Below, piece after piece: positions 6,915 to 15,917 of a stretch of DNA of 37,396 bases. The notes beneath the pieces were generated by a model, which ran no database searches, was not told where the DNA came from, and was given only the letters and a program-made list of their open reading frames with translations. Within the stretch, counting starts at the first letter, position 1, and each line of letters starts with the position of its first letter. The translations under genes were made by a program, and so were the position numbers. Source of the stretch: a virus (Duplodnaviria > Caudoviricetes); IMG/VR virus record IMGVR_UViG_3300047669_000297, positions 1 to 37,396 of that record; one strand, written 5' to 3'.

Positions 6915-8582
6915 ATGGACAGTGCAGAGAGCGAGTTAGTTGAAGCACACAAGCCGTGTGATAGTTGCGGTTCATCAGATGCAAGAGCATCATACTCCGA
7001 TGGGCATGAGTATTGTTTTAGTTGTCAAACAAGATTTGAAAGCGAAGGAGATTACCCTGCCATGTCTAAACCTAACGCCACTAATGTTACTCCATTAAAA
7101 TCTACTGAAGGTGTAGTAACTGCAATACCTGATAGAAAGATATCTTCTAATACATGTAAAAAATACAATGTTAGAGTAGTTAAAGATCAAGAAGGTAATA
7201 TAATAAAACATCGTTATCCTTACTATGATGATAAAGGTAACCACATTGCCGACAAGGTTCGTATTGTAGAGACAAAAGACTTTCCGACAGAGCCAGTAGG
7301 AGCATTAGGTAAGGCTGCTCTGTTTGGTCAGAACCTTTTCAATTCGGGTGGTAAATACGTTACAATTTGTGAAGGCGAGTTGGATGCTTTATCCGCCTTT
7401 GAAATGCTTGGAAGCAAATGGCCGGTGCTATCTATTAAAAATGGCGTTCATTCTGCACTCAAAGATTGCAAGGCTAACTTAGAATATCTTTCAAATTTTG
7501 ATAGTGTTGTCTTGTGTTTTGATGCGGATGACAAGGGAAAGAAAGCAGCGCAACAAGTAGCCACACTGTTTGAACCTAACACCTGCCGCATTGTCTACAT
7601 GACAGATGGCAAGGATGCATCTGAATACTTACAGGGTGGTAAGCGTGAGCAGTTCTCTCGCGCATGGTGGGATGCCAAGGTGTATACTCCCGCTGGTATT
7701 CTTAACCTAGCTGATATGGGTGATGGTCTGTACGATGAGGGTGCACACAAGACTTGCCTCTACCCATTCGAGGGTTTGAATGAGAAGCTGTTTGGTATAC
7801 GCACAGGTGAGCTTGTAACCTTCACGGCTGGCACAGGAGCGGGTAAGTCTAGCATCATGCGTGAACTTATGCACCATGTACTAAACAGCACAGAAGAAAA
7901 CATTGGTGTAATATCTTTGGAAGAGAATGTAAGGTCCACCATCTTTCACCTCATGTCAGTCGAAGCAAATGCTAGGCTGTACATTCGTGAGGTGCGTGAC
8001 CAGTTCAGCATGAACGACTTGCGTAAATGGCAAGAATTAACAGTAGGAACTAGGAGGTTCTTTGCCTTTGATCACTTTGGAAGCATGAAGACTGACGAGA
8101 TACTTTCACGGGTCAGGTATATGATTAAGGCGTTAGACTGTAGGTGGATATTCCTAGATCATCTATCAATCTTGGTGTCTGGTTTGGAAGGTGATGATGA
8201 GCGTAGAAACATTGATAATCTGATGACCAAGCTAAGGTCGATTGTCGAGGAGACAAATGTAGCTATGCTTCTTGTCTCTCACCTACGCCGCGCACAAGGT
8301 GACAGTGGGCATGAGAATGGTAGAGAGGTTAGCCTGTCCCACCTCAGAGGAAGTCAGAGTATAGCGCAGCTTAGTGATGCGGTGGTGGCTATGGAGCGTG
8401 ACCAACAGTCTGATGATCCTAACATATCAAACACAACAACCATCAGAGTATTGAAGAATAGGTATTCTGGAGATACCGGCGTAGCTTCTCACCTATTCTT
8501 TAACAAAGATACGGGAAGGTTGACAGAGGTGCATAATCTAGGTGATGATCCAGAAGGAGATAGGTCCGACAAGGAACTTTAG
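6915..8582 (+). CDS. T7 gp4-like DNA primase/helicase
   Basis: Zn finger CDSC..CFSC; TOPRIM EGELDA and FDAD; Walker A AGTGAGKS; DnaB motifs FLDHL, LVSHL, LRGSQSIAQLSD, VLKNR. Confidence 0.97.
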   Translation: MDSAESELVEAHKPCDSCGSSDARASYSDGHEYCFSCQTRFESEGDYPAMSKPNATNVTPLKSTEGVVTAIPDRKISSNTCKKYNVRVVKDQEGNIIKHRYPYYDDKGNHIADKVRIVETKDFPTEPVGALGKAALFGQNLFNSGGKYVTICEGELDALSAFEMLGSKWPVLSIKNGVHSALKDCKANLEYLSNFDSVVLCFDADDKGKKAAQQVATLFEPNTCRIVYMTDGKDASEYLQGGKREQFSRAWWDAKVYTPAGILNLADMGDGLYDEGAHKTCLYPFEGLNEKLFGIRTGELVTFTAGTGAGKSSIMRELMHHVLNSTEENIGVISLEENVRSTIFHLMSVEANARLYIREVRDQFSMNDLRKWQELTVGTRRFFAFDHFGSMKTDEILSRVRYMIKALDCRWIFLDHLSILVSGLEGDDERRNIDNLMTKLRSIVEETNVAMLLVSHLRRAQGDSGHENGREVSLSHLRGSQSIAQLSDAVVAMERDQQSDDPNISNTTTIRVLKNRYSGDTGVASHLFFNKDTGRLTEVHNLGDDPEGDRSDKEL

Positions 8583-8584
8583 AG

Positions 8585-10309
8585 ATGGAAGTTGTCTTAG
8601 ACATTGAGACTGATGGCTTAGACCCAACAGAAATATTTTGTATTGTAGCCAAGGAACGTGAGACAGGTGAGATACATGTCTGGAAAGAACAACAGTGTTA
8701 TGAAATATTCCCTTTGTTCGCAAAGCGTGTGTCTAAATTTATCATGCATAACGGCATATCTTTTGATGCCAATGTTATTAATAAACTCACATCAACTCAC
8801 ATTGGTATAGACCGTATCGAAGACACGCTGATCCTTTCTCAACTGACTGACCCTGTTAAAGATGGTGGGCATTCTTTAGAATCCTGGGGACAGAGATTAG
8901 GTTTTGATAAGATAGACTTCCACGACTTCTCTTGTCTCACAGAGGAGATGATAACCTACTGCATTCGTGATGTAGAACTTACTGAAAGAGTTTACATTGC
9001 GCTTCAGCCAGCGGTGAATGCTATTCGTAGACAATGTATAGACTTAGAATATGAGGTTAGGAAGTTAGTATCTCAACAAGAAAGAAATGGTTTTTCTTTG
9101 GATATGCAGAAGGCTACTTGTCTTGTAGCTAAACTTAAAGACAGGTCAGATAGCCTTGAGTCTGAGGTAACTGTAATGTTTCCACCTATACCAGTCCTGG
9201 TCAGAGAAGTTAAACCTAAAATAAAAAAGGACGGCAGCTTGTCTACGGTTGGTCTGAGACACATAGAAGACATAGCAGTTGTGGTTGGTGTTCATTCTGC
9301 CATTGACTATCAAGAATTTAATCTGTCATCTAGGCAGCAGATAGTTAAGAGACTTTTGTCTAAGGGTTGGCAACCTAATAAGTTTACAGACAAGGGTCAT
9401 CCTATTGTTGACGAGGGTGTTCTAAAAGATGTGGACTTACCTGAAGCAAAAAAGATAGCAGAGTTTCTTATGCTTCGGAAAAGGATAGCGCAGATACAAT
9501 CATGGATAGATGCTGTTAAAGATGATGGGAAAGTACACGGACAAGTTCTTACGCTGCGTGCAATCTCTGGAAGAATGGCGCATCATTCTCCGAATATGGC
9601 ACAGGTTCCAGCTAGTTACTCACCGTATGGTAAGGAATGTAGAGAATGCTGGACTGCTGGGGATTCACCTAGTCTTGTACTTGTTGGCTGTGATGCTTCT
9701 TCTCTGGAATTGCGTGCGTTGGCACATTATTTAGATGATAGTAAGTTCACTAGTGATGTTGTTGATGGTGACATACACACTGCCAACCAACATGCGGCAG
9801 GGTTAGAGACACGCGATCAAGCTAAGACATTTATCTATGCGTTTATTTATGGTGCAGGGGCAGCTAAAATTGGCTCTGTGGTGGGTGGTACGGCACAAGA
9901 TGGTCAGAGACTAATAGATACCTTCTTGTCTAACGTACCAGCCCTGGCAACGCTTAGAAGGAGAGTAGATATTGCCTCTAACAGAGGATATCTTATCGGT
10001 TTGGACGGCAGAAAACTCATGGTGAGAAACAAACACTCAGCAGTAAATCTTTTATTACAAGGTGCTGGTGCAGTAATATGCAAGCAGTGGTTAGTTGAGA
10101 TACATAATTCACTTTCTTACACTGAAATGAAAGCATGTCTTGTTGCGTCCATACATGACGAATACCAACACGAAATTAATAAAGATCAGGCTGAAGAATT
10201 TGGAGAGTTAACCAAATTAGCTATGAGGAAAACTCAGGAAAGGTTAGGTATTAAATGTACACTGGACAGCGAGTACAAAATAGGCCGCAACTGGTCACAG
10301 ACGCATTAA
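8585..10309 (+). CDS. polA: DNA polymerase family A with 3'-5' exonuclease (T7 gp5-like)
   Basis: ExoI DIETD, ExoII HNGISFD, ExoIII YCIRD; motif A DASSLELR, motif B KTFIYAFIYG, motif C IHDE. Confidence 0.97.
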   Translation: MEVVLDIETDGLDPTEIFCIVAKERETGEIHVWKEQQCYEIFPLFAKRVSKFIMHNGISFDANVINKLTSTHIGIDRIEDTLILSQLTDPVKDGGHSLESWGQRLGFDKIDFHDFSCLTEEMITYCIRDVELTERVYIALQPAVNAIRRQCIDLEYEVRKLVSQQERNGFSLDMQKATCLVAKLKDRSDSLESEVTVMFPPIPVLVREVKPKIKKDGSLSTVGLRHIEDIAVVVGVHSAIDYQEFNLSSRQQIVKRLLSKGWQPNKFTDKGHPIVDEGVLKDVDLPEAKKIAEFLMLRKRIAQIQSWIDAVKDDGKVHGQVLTLRAISGRMAHHSPNMAQVPASYSPYGKECRECWTAGDSPSLVLVGCDASSLELRALAHYLDDSKFTSDVVDGDIHTANQHAAGLETRDQAKTFIYAFIYGAGAAKIGSVVGGTAQDGQRLIDTFLSNVPALATLRRRVDIASNRGYLIGLDGRKLMVRNKHSAVNLLLQGAGAVICKQWLVEIHNSLSYTEMKACLVASIHDEYQHEINKDQAEEFGELTKLAMRKTQERLGIKCTLDSEYKIGRNWSQTH

Positions 10310-10836
10310 TAACTTTAACCCCTGCTGAACTAAGAACCAGTGCGTTCATTGGTAAGTCCCGCAATAAAAAAAGTAGAGACTCTGGTGTGTTTGATTCTTC
10401 TGTTGCAGATACTCACATGATAGACATCATAGGCGCAGAGGCTGAACTAGCTTTTGCAAAGCTATGTAACTTGTATCCAAAAGACTTCATGACACTTGGC
10501 ACTAGGTCAAAAGCTGAAGGGACTGACGATGGTGATCTAAATATAGACGGTGTCTGTGTTGATGTTAAAACCACAACCCATAAGAATGGAATGTTACTCT
10601 CTAATTCAAAACACATTTCTGGTATAGATTTATTTGCTTTAATGATAAAGAAAGGAGAAGATACGTTTCAATTAAAAGGCTTCATGCTTGCGACTGAACT
10701 TATAGTTGAAGATAGGTTTGGCAGAGCGGATGGCAAACTTAAAAGACCAACATATGTGGCTAAACAAGATGAATTATATTGTTATAAAACTGCCGTGAGA
10801 AAACTAAAAAAATATCTTGACACTGTAAAGTCATAA
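10255..10836 (+). CDS. Putative PD-(D/E)xK-fold nuclease
   Basis: GAEAELAF...DGD...VDVKTT arrangement; start uncertain. Confidence 0.55.
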   Translation: MYTGQRVQNRPQLVTDALITLTPAELRTSAFIGKSRNKKSRDSGVFDSSVADTHMIDIIGAEAELAFAKLCNLYPKDFMTLGTRSKAEGTDDGDLNIDGVCVDVKTTTHKNGMLLSNSKHISGIDLFALMIKKGEDTFQLKGFMLATELIVEDRFGRADGKLKRPTYVAKQDELYCYKTAVRKLKKYLDTVKS

Positions 10837-10845
10837 CAGTATTTT
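10817..10845 (+). promoter_or_regulatory. Sigma70-type promoter
   Basis: TTGACA-17 bp-TATTTT upstream of the SSB gene. Confidence 0.65.
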
Positions 10846-10904
10846 ATAAACTCAACCATCAAACTAAGTAGTCAGACTTAGTAAATTGTAAAGGAAAATA
10901 TACT

Positions 10905-11375
10905 ATGGATACTTACATTATTTCTGGTAAAGCTTACTGGGCAAGTGTTATTGCTCCCAACACAACTTACGAACCATGTTGGCAAGTTAATGTTTGTCTT
11001 GATGAAGACGGTAAAAATCTGGCTGAAAGTCTTGGTCTTGATGTTAAGAACAAAGGCGATGAGAAAGGTGACTTTATTAAAGTAAAGCGTAAGGTAGACA
11101 AGCGGGACGGTACAAAGCAAACTGCTCCTATTGTTAAAGATTCTAATAATAACGATTGGGATGATAGGCTTATCGGAAATGGTAGTCTAGTTAATGTTAA
11201 ATTTTCTACTTTCGATTATAACTACAATAATAAAAAAGGCGTAGCCGCTTTTCTTCTTGCTGTTCAGGTGGTTGACTTAGTTCCCTACGGGGGAGGTGGT
11301 TTAGAATTTGAACCTGTTAAAGATGGCTTCGTAGTTGGTGGTGGTAGTGAGGCTGCTCAAGACGTTCCTTTCTAG
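10905..11375 (+). CDS. Single-stranded DNA-binding protein (gp2.5-like)
   Basis: IGNGSLVNV and AVQVVDLVPY motifs; acidic tail ending DVPF; lies after the polymerase. Confidence 0.85.
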   Translation: MDTYIISGKAYWASVIAPNTTYEPCWQVNVCLDEDGKNLAESLGLDVKNKGDEKGDFIKVKRKVDKRDGTKQTAPIVKDSNNNDWDDRLIGNGSLVNVKFSTFDYNYNNKKGVAAFLLAVQVVDLVPYGGGGLEFEPVKDGFVVGGGSEAAQDVPF

Positions 11376-11468
11376 AGCAGATTACGATAAGGGGTTGCTT
11401 CTCTGGTGAAATGCGGCAACTGAGTTAGTAGTGCGGGAGGGAGACTAACACTTTTAAGGAGAACACGA

Positions 11469-12548
11469 ATGACCAAACACGCTTTCATTACAGGCATCAC
11501 CGGCCAAGATGGTTCATACCTAGCTGAGTTACTTCTGTCTAAAAACTATTATGTACACGGTTTACTTCGACGTAGCTCTACACCAAATACAAAAAACATA
11601 GATCATATAGTTAATAACCCTAGAGTTTCTTTACACTTAGGGGACATGACGGATAGTTCTAATCTAAGTAAGCTGGTTAATGAAATTAAACCTGACGAAG
11701 TTTATAACTTGGCTGCTCAAAGCCATGTCAAAGTATCTTTTGACACACCTGTGTCCACAGGAGATATAAACGGTCTTGGTTCTATGAGACTGTTAGAGGC
11801 TTGCCGCAACATTAAGGGTGCCAATACACCTAAGTTCTATCAGGCATCTTCTAGTGAATTGTTTGGCAAGGTACAAGAACCAATTCAAAATGAAACAACT
11901 CCTATGCATCCTCGCTCACCGTATGGCGTAGCAAAGTATTATGCATACTGGGCAGTGAAGAACTATCGTGAAGCATACGGTATGTTTGCTTGTAATGGGA
12001 TACTATTTAACCATGAAAGTCCTCGAAGGGGTGAAGAGTTTGTTACTAGAAAAGTAACTAAGTATGTAGCTAACTGGAATCAAAATTCCGAACCACTTGA
12101 GTTAGGTAATCTTTCTAGCCTCAGAGATTGGGGACACGCTAAAGATTATGTTAAAGGTATGTGGCTTATGCTACAAGCGCCAGAGGCTGACGACTATGTG
12201 TTAGCTACAGGTAAGAAGAATAGTATTCGCGAACTGGTAGAAGGTTGTTTCTCGATATCCTATAATAGGTCTATTGTCTGGGAAGGGGAAGGACTTGATG
12301 AGAAGGGATATGTTTTTTACACTGACGCACACAACAAACCTCAAAAAAATTTAGTGGTTGTAGTTAATCCTAATTTTTACAGGCCATCCGAAGTAGATGT
12401 TTTGTGTGGAGATTCCACCAAGGCCAAGACAAAATTAAAATGGACATGTGATTATAATTTTATGTCTCTAATAAAAGAGATGTTACTAGCAGACAAACCA
12501 GAAAAAGATTGGTTCACAAACGGAGGTGAGTTACCTAATGGTTGTTGA
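11469..12548 (+). CDS. gmd: GDP-mannose 4,6-dehydratase
   Basis: GITGQDGSYLAE, YNLAAQSHV, YQASSSE, SPYGVAK, LFNHESPRRG, RDWGHAKDY. Confidence 0.97.
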   Translation: MTKHAFITGITGQDGSYLAELLLSKNYYVHGLLRRSSTPNTKNIDHIVNNPRVSLHLGDMTDSSNLSKLVNEIKPDEVYNLAAQSHVKVSFDTPVSTGDINGLGSMRLLEACRNIKGANTPKFYQASSSELFGKVQEPIQNETTPMHPRSPYGVAKYYAYWAVKNYREAYGMFACNGILFNHESPRRGEEFVTRKVTKYVANWNQNSEPLELGNLSSLRDWGHAKDYVKGMWLMLQAPEADDYVLATGKKNSIRELVEGCFSISYNRSIVWEGEGLDEKGYVFYTDAHNKPQKNLVVVVNPNFYRPSEVDVLCGDSTKAKTKLKWTCDYNFMSLIKEMLLADKPEKDWFTNGGELPNGC

Positions 12549-12568
12549 AATTAACTGGCCTTTAGCCC
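12479..12568 (+). repeat. 90-bp direct repeat, copy 1 (gmd 3' end plus colD 5' end)
   Basis: 88/90 identical to 12838-12927. Confidence 0.95.
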
Positions 12569-12596
12569 GCGAAGCACTGGATAAGGAGTCAGGGGG

Positions 12597-12839
12597 ATGA
12601 GTAAAGATCAGTGGTTAAAAGATGAAAAAGAAATAATACAGCAGTACATAGATGAGAAACTATCTACGAAAGAGGCTGTATATCTAATGAAAGATAGGTT
12701 AGGTATGTCTTACGTAGAGTCTATGTGGCAGCTGGAGTGTGCAGATACGGAGCAAGGACTAGACTCACACCTTGGCTGTAGGGACTGGCCTTGCTGTGAA
12801 GATAACGGATACGCTTTCTGTTTAACAGGAGAGTACTGA
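12597..12839 (+). CDS. Inserted hypothetical protein, 80 aa, Cys-rich C-terminus
   Basis: AAGGAG RBS; flanked by the 90-bp repeats. Confidence 0.75.
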   Translation: MSKDQWLKDEKEIIQQYIDEKLSTKEAVYLMKDRLGMSYVESMWQLECADTEQGLDSHLGCRDWPCCEDNGYAFCLTGEY

Positions 12840-12927
12840 TGTTACTAGCAGACAAACCAGAAAAAGCTTGGTTCATAAACGGAGGTGAGTTACCTAATGG
12901 TTGTTGAAATTAACTGGCCTTTAGCCC
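12838..12927 (+). repeat. 90-bp direct repeat, copy 2
   Basis: 88/90 identical to 12479-12568. Confidence 0.95.
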
Positions 12928-14078
12928 ATGATACTTGGGATAATAAAGAACGAGATGCAATGAATGAAGTTATTGCTTCTGGTAGATTTACTTTCGGAGA
13001 AAAAGTAAAAAAGTTTGAGGATGAATTTTGTGAGTACTTTGGATTTCCCTACGCTGTCCAGGTTAACAGTGGCGGCAGCGCTAACCTTTTAATGGTGGCT
13101 GTTGCTGTTGAAAGAGGGTGGATATCTAGAGGAGATAAAGTTATTGTTCCTGCCATTGGTTGGAGTACATCTTATTTTCCATTTATTCAGTACGGCATTG
13201 ACTTAGTTTTTGTAGATGTTGATAAAGATACTTGGAATATTAATGTAGATCAGATCGAGGACAACATAAAGGACGATGTAAAGGGTATCCTTGCTATCAA
13301 TATTTTAGGTAATCCTTGTGACTTTCAAAAACTTAACTCTCTGTGTGATCAATATGATTTAATATTGTTTGAAGACAACTGTGAATCTATGGGTGCGAAA
13401 CAAGGAGATACTAACTGTGGGGGATTTGGTGACATAGGTACGTTTAGTACATTCTTCAGTCACCACATACAAACTATGGAAGGGGGTATGGTTGTCTGTA
13501 ATGATCCTGAGACATACAACACGTTGCTCAGTCTTAGGTCACATGGGTGGACAAGAGGTACGAAGTACTACACAAACAATCCTTTTGAGTTTGTCACTCT
13601 AGGATACAACGTGCGGCCAGGAGAATTAAACGGTGCTTTAGGTTCTGTCCAGTTAAAAAAGCTAGAGGATATGAACAACCAAAGAATTAAAAACGCGGAT
13701 ACATTTGTAAAGTATTTTGGTAACAAAGACTATTGTAGGATACAGAAGGTAGAAGAGAATAGTATCTCTTCATGGTTTGGTTTTGGAATTGTGTTCGAGA
13801 AGAACGCATTTAGAGAAAGAACAAAACAAATTCTTGAAAATTATTCTATTGATAGCAGACCTATATGCACGGGTAACTTTTTCAAACAACCAGTTTGTGA
13901 AAAGTATTCTGCTAATATGGAAAGAGGTTCGTCACTAGTGGTGGCTACTAATATTGATGACAATGGTTTATTCTTAGGAAATAATCCTATGGATTTAGAG
14001 CCAGCTATAAAAAGCCTTAGTGAAGTTTTAGACCGTGAATTTAGTGAACAAAGTATTTTAAATTCAGGAGCATTCTAA
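12897..14078 (+). CDS. colD: DegT/DnrJ/EryC1/StrS-family PLP enzyme, ColD-like GDP-4-keto-6-deoxymannose 3-dehydratase
   Basis: VNSGGSANL, EDNCESMGA and FSTFFSHHIQTMEGG (His where aminotransferases have the Schiff-base Lys); GGAGGTG RBS favours ATG 12897. Confidence 0.8.
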   Translation: MVVEINWPLAHDTWDNKERDAMNEVIASGRFTFGEKVKKFEDEFCEYFGFPYAVQVNSGGSANLLMVAVAVERGWISRGDKVIVPAIGWSTSYFPFIQYGIDLVFVDVDKDTWNINVDQIEDNIKDDVKGILAINILGNPCDFQKLNSLCDQYDLILFEDNCESMGAKQGDTNCGGFGDIGTFSTFFSHHIQTMEGGMVVCNDPETYNTLLSLRSHGWTRGTKYYTNNPFEFVTLGYNVRPGELNGALGSVQLKKLEDMNNQRIKNADTFVKYFGNKDYCRIQKVEENSISSWFGFGIVFEKNAFRERTKQILENYSIDSRPICTGNFFKQPVCEKYSANMERGSSLVVATNIDDNGLFLGNNPMDLEPAIKSLSEVLDREFSEQSILNSGAF

Positions 14079-14942
14079 ATGACAAAAACTATAGATACTA
14101 TTGTTGAAGATATATACAACATCTTTGAGTGTGATGAAGAGGTAAAGGTAAGCAAAGAAGACTTGGATGAATTAGCAAAAGGTATACTTGATGCAGTTAC
14201 CGGCTCTCTTAAAGAAAGAGAAAGATCGAAAGGCCATCTAAGGCTATCTCTTATTGGTCATCCTGACAGAAAGATTTGGTACACTGTTAGAGATGGTGAC
14301 AAGATTGGTAAGGAAAAGTTAACGGGGCAAGACAAAATAAAGTTCTTGTATGGTCATATCCTAGAGTGTCTTCTTATCTTTCTCTCTCGTACTGCCGGTC
14401 ATACAGTTACTGATGAACAGAAGACTGTTACTGTTAATGGTGTGGTCGGTCATCAAGATGCCGTAGTTGATGATGTCCTTGTTGATTTCAAGAGTGCATC
14501 AAGTTATGGGTTTAAGAAATTTAAAGAAAATACAATTCATTCGGATGATCCATTTGGTTATATAGCTCAGATATCTGCTTATGCTCAAGCAAATAACTTA
14601 GATAAGGCTGGCTTTGTAGTTATAGATAAATCATCAGGTGAACTTTGTTATTGTCCTGTTCATTCTATGGAGATGATAAATGCAGAAGAAAGGATTGAGT
14701 CTCTTAGAAGAACTGTTAAGTCTGATGTGCCTCCCCCTCGCTGTTATAGTGATATTCCTGACGGTAAGTCTGGCAACCACAAGCTTCATATTGGCTGCGT
14801 CTATTGTTCTTTTAAGCATGTTTGTTGGTCTGATGCTAACGGCGGCGCGGGTCTTAAAAAATTCAATTACTCTACTGGTCCGAGGTACTTAACTAGGGTA
14901 GACCGTACTCCTAATGTAGAGGAAATACATGAAGAGATTTAG
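14079..14942 (+). CDS. Cas4-like PD-(D/E)xK exonuclease
   Basis: LRLSLIG, FLYGH, GHQD...VDFKSAS, QISAY, CVYCSFKHVC. Confidence 0.8.
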   Translation: MTKTIDTIVEDIYNIFECDEEVKVSKEDLDELAKGILDAVTGSLKERERSKGHLRLSLIGHPDRKIWYTVRDGDKIGKEKLTGQDKIKFLYGHILECLLIFLSRTAGHTVTDEQKTVTVNGVVGHQDAVVDDVLVDFKSASSYGFKKFKENTIHSDDPFGYIAQISAYAQANNLDKAGFVVIDKSSGELCYCPVHSMEMINAEERIESLRRTVKSDVPPPRCYSDIPDGKSGNHKLHIGCVYCSFKHVCWSDANGGAGLKKFNYSTGPRYLTRVDRTPNVEEIHEEI

Positions 14943-15354
14943 ATCAAAGTCCGAAAAGAAAGCAAATGATTTTTTAAAGGAGAAAAAAGTTTCGTTTGAA
15001 TTTGAACCTTACTATGTTAAATATATGTGGATTGAAGATAAAAAGTATCTGCCTGATTTTGTCCTAGACAACGGAATTATTTTAGAAGTTAAAGGCAGGT
15101 TTACTTTAGCCGATAGAAAGAAGCATCTCTTTCTTAGGAAGAGTAATCCAGATTTAGATGTTAGGTTTGTATTCGACAACCCTAATACTAAGCTTTACAA
15201 AGGGGCTAAATCAACCTATGCTAACTGGTGTAGCAAGCAGGATTTTTTATTTTGTAAACTATCTGATGGTATTCCTGAATGGTGGACAAGTGGAAAAAAA
15301 AGAAACGAAAATTCTTCTAGAGATAGAAGAAGTAATAAAAAAAAGAAAGGCTGA
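14929..15354 (+). CDS. Endonuclease I (T7 gp3-like Holliday junction resolvase)
   Basis: FRSKSE, YLPDF, LEVKGRF, DRKKH, DVRFVF, TYANWC. Confidence 0.9.
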   Translation: MKRFRSKSEKKANDFLKEKKVSFEFEPYYVKYMWIEDKKYLPDFVLDNGIILEVKGRFTLADRKKHLFLRKSNPDLDVRFVFDNPNTKLYKGAKSTYANWCSKQDFLFCKLSDGIPEWWTSGKKRNENSSRDRRSNKKKKG

Positions 15355-15634
15355 TCCAGAACAGCTTCTGTTTATGAGTGTTATATTGCAAGCTATGCTT
15401 GACGCCACTAAACCGATGACACCAAAGGAATCAGATGAAGCTGTAGCAGCCAGAGAGACATCTATGTCTTGGTTCTTCTGCTCTGTGGGGGTGACTGTAG
15501 ATGATTTCATGACTGTCTGTGACATAGCGGACCTTGATCCTGACTATGTGCGATCATTCGCTTATAAAGTCCTGCGGTCAAAAGAGATTGACTTTGTTAG
15601 GAAAAGAATAAACACTGTCTTAACTTTTAATTAG
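15290..15634 (+). CDS. Conserved-looking hypothetical phage protein (PEQLLFMSVILQAMLDA)
   Basis: Same frame as track ORF 15158; GTG 15290 is the more plausible start. Confidence 0.7.
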   Translation: MEKKETKILLEIEEVIKKRKADPEQLLFMSVILQAMLDATKPMTPKESDEAVAARETSMSWFFCSVGVTVDDFMTVCDIADLDPDYVRSFAYKVLRSKEIDFVRKRINTVLTFN

Positions 15635-15644
15635 GAAAAGACTT

Positions 15645-15914
15645 ATGTACCAGTTTGATGAAGAACATTATTTAGAAGAGATACAGCACTACATTGACGA
15701 TACTTACAGCCAACACTATGCTCAAGGTAAATACCAAGCCACAGATGTGATTTTAGATGCAGGGTACGGAGAAGGTTTCTGTCTAGGTAACATACTGAAA
15801 TACTGTAAGAGGTACGGGAAAAAGGAAGGTAAGAATAGAAAAGATTTGTTAAAGGTAATTCACTATGCAATAATTATGCTCCACATCCATGACCAGAAAG
15901 AGGAAGGACGCTAA
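15645..15914 (+). CDS. DUF3310-like protein (T7 gp1.7-related)
   Basis: HY...GFCLGNILKYCKRYGKK...DLLKVIHY. Confidence 0.8.
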   Translation: MYQFDEEHYLEEIQHYIDDTYSQHYAQGKYQATDVILDAGYGEGFCLGNILKYCKRYGKKEGKNRKDLLKVIHYAIIMLHIHDQKEEGR

Positions 15915-15917
15915 TAT

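Noticed and set aside
11376-11460. Cobalamin riboswitch
   Set aside because: There is only a GGTGAAAT resemblance; the GGGAA and B12-box elements were not found and the region is short.
12479-12927. Diversity-generating retroelement TR/VR pair or IS element
   Set aside because: No reverse transcriptase or transposase is in the window, and the two mismatches (A/C, C/T) are not adenine-specific.
14079-14942. Cas4 as part of a CRISPR or spacer-capture system
   Set aside because: Standalone Cas4-like exonucleases beside endonuclease I are routine in phage replication modules, and nothing links this one to the repeats.
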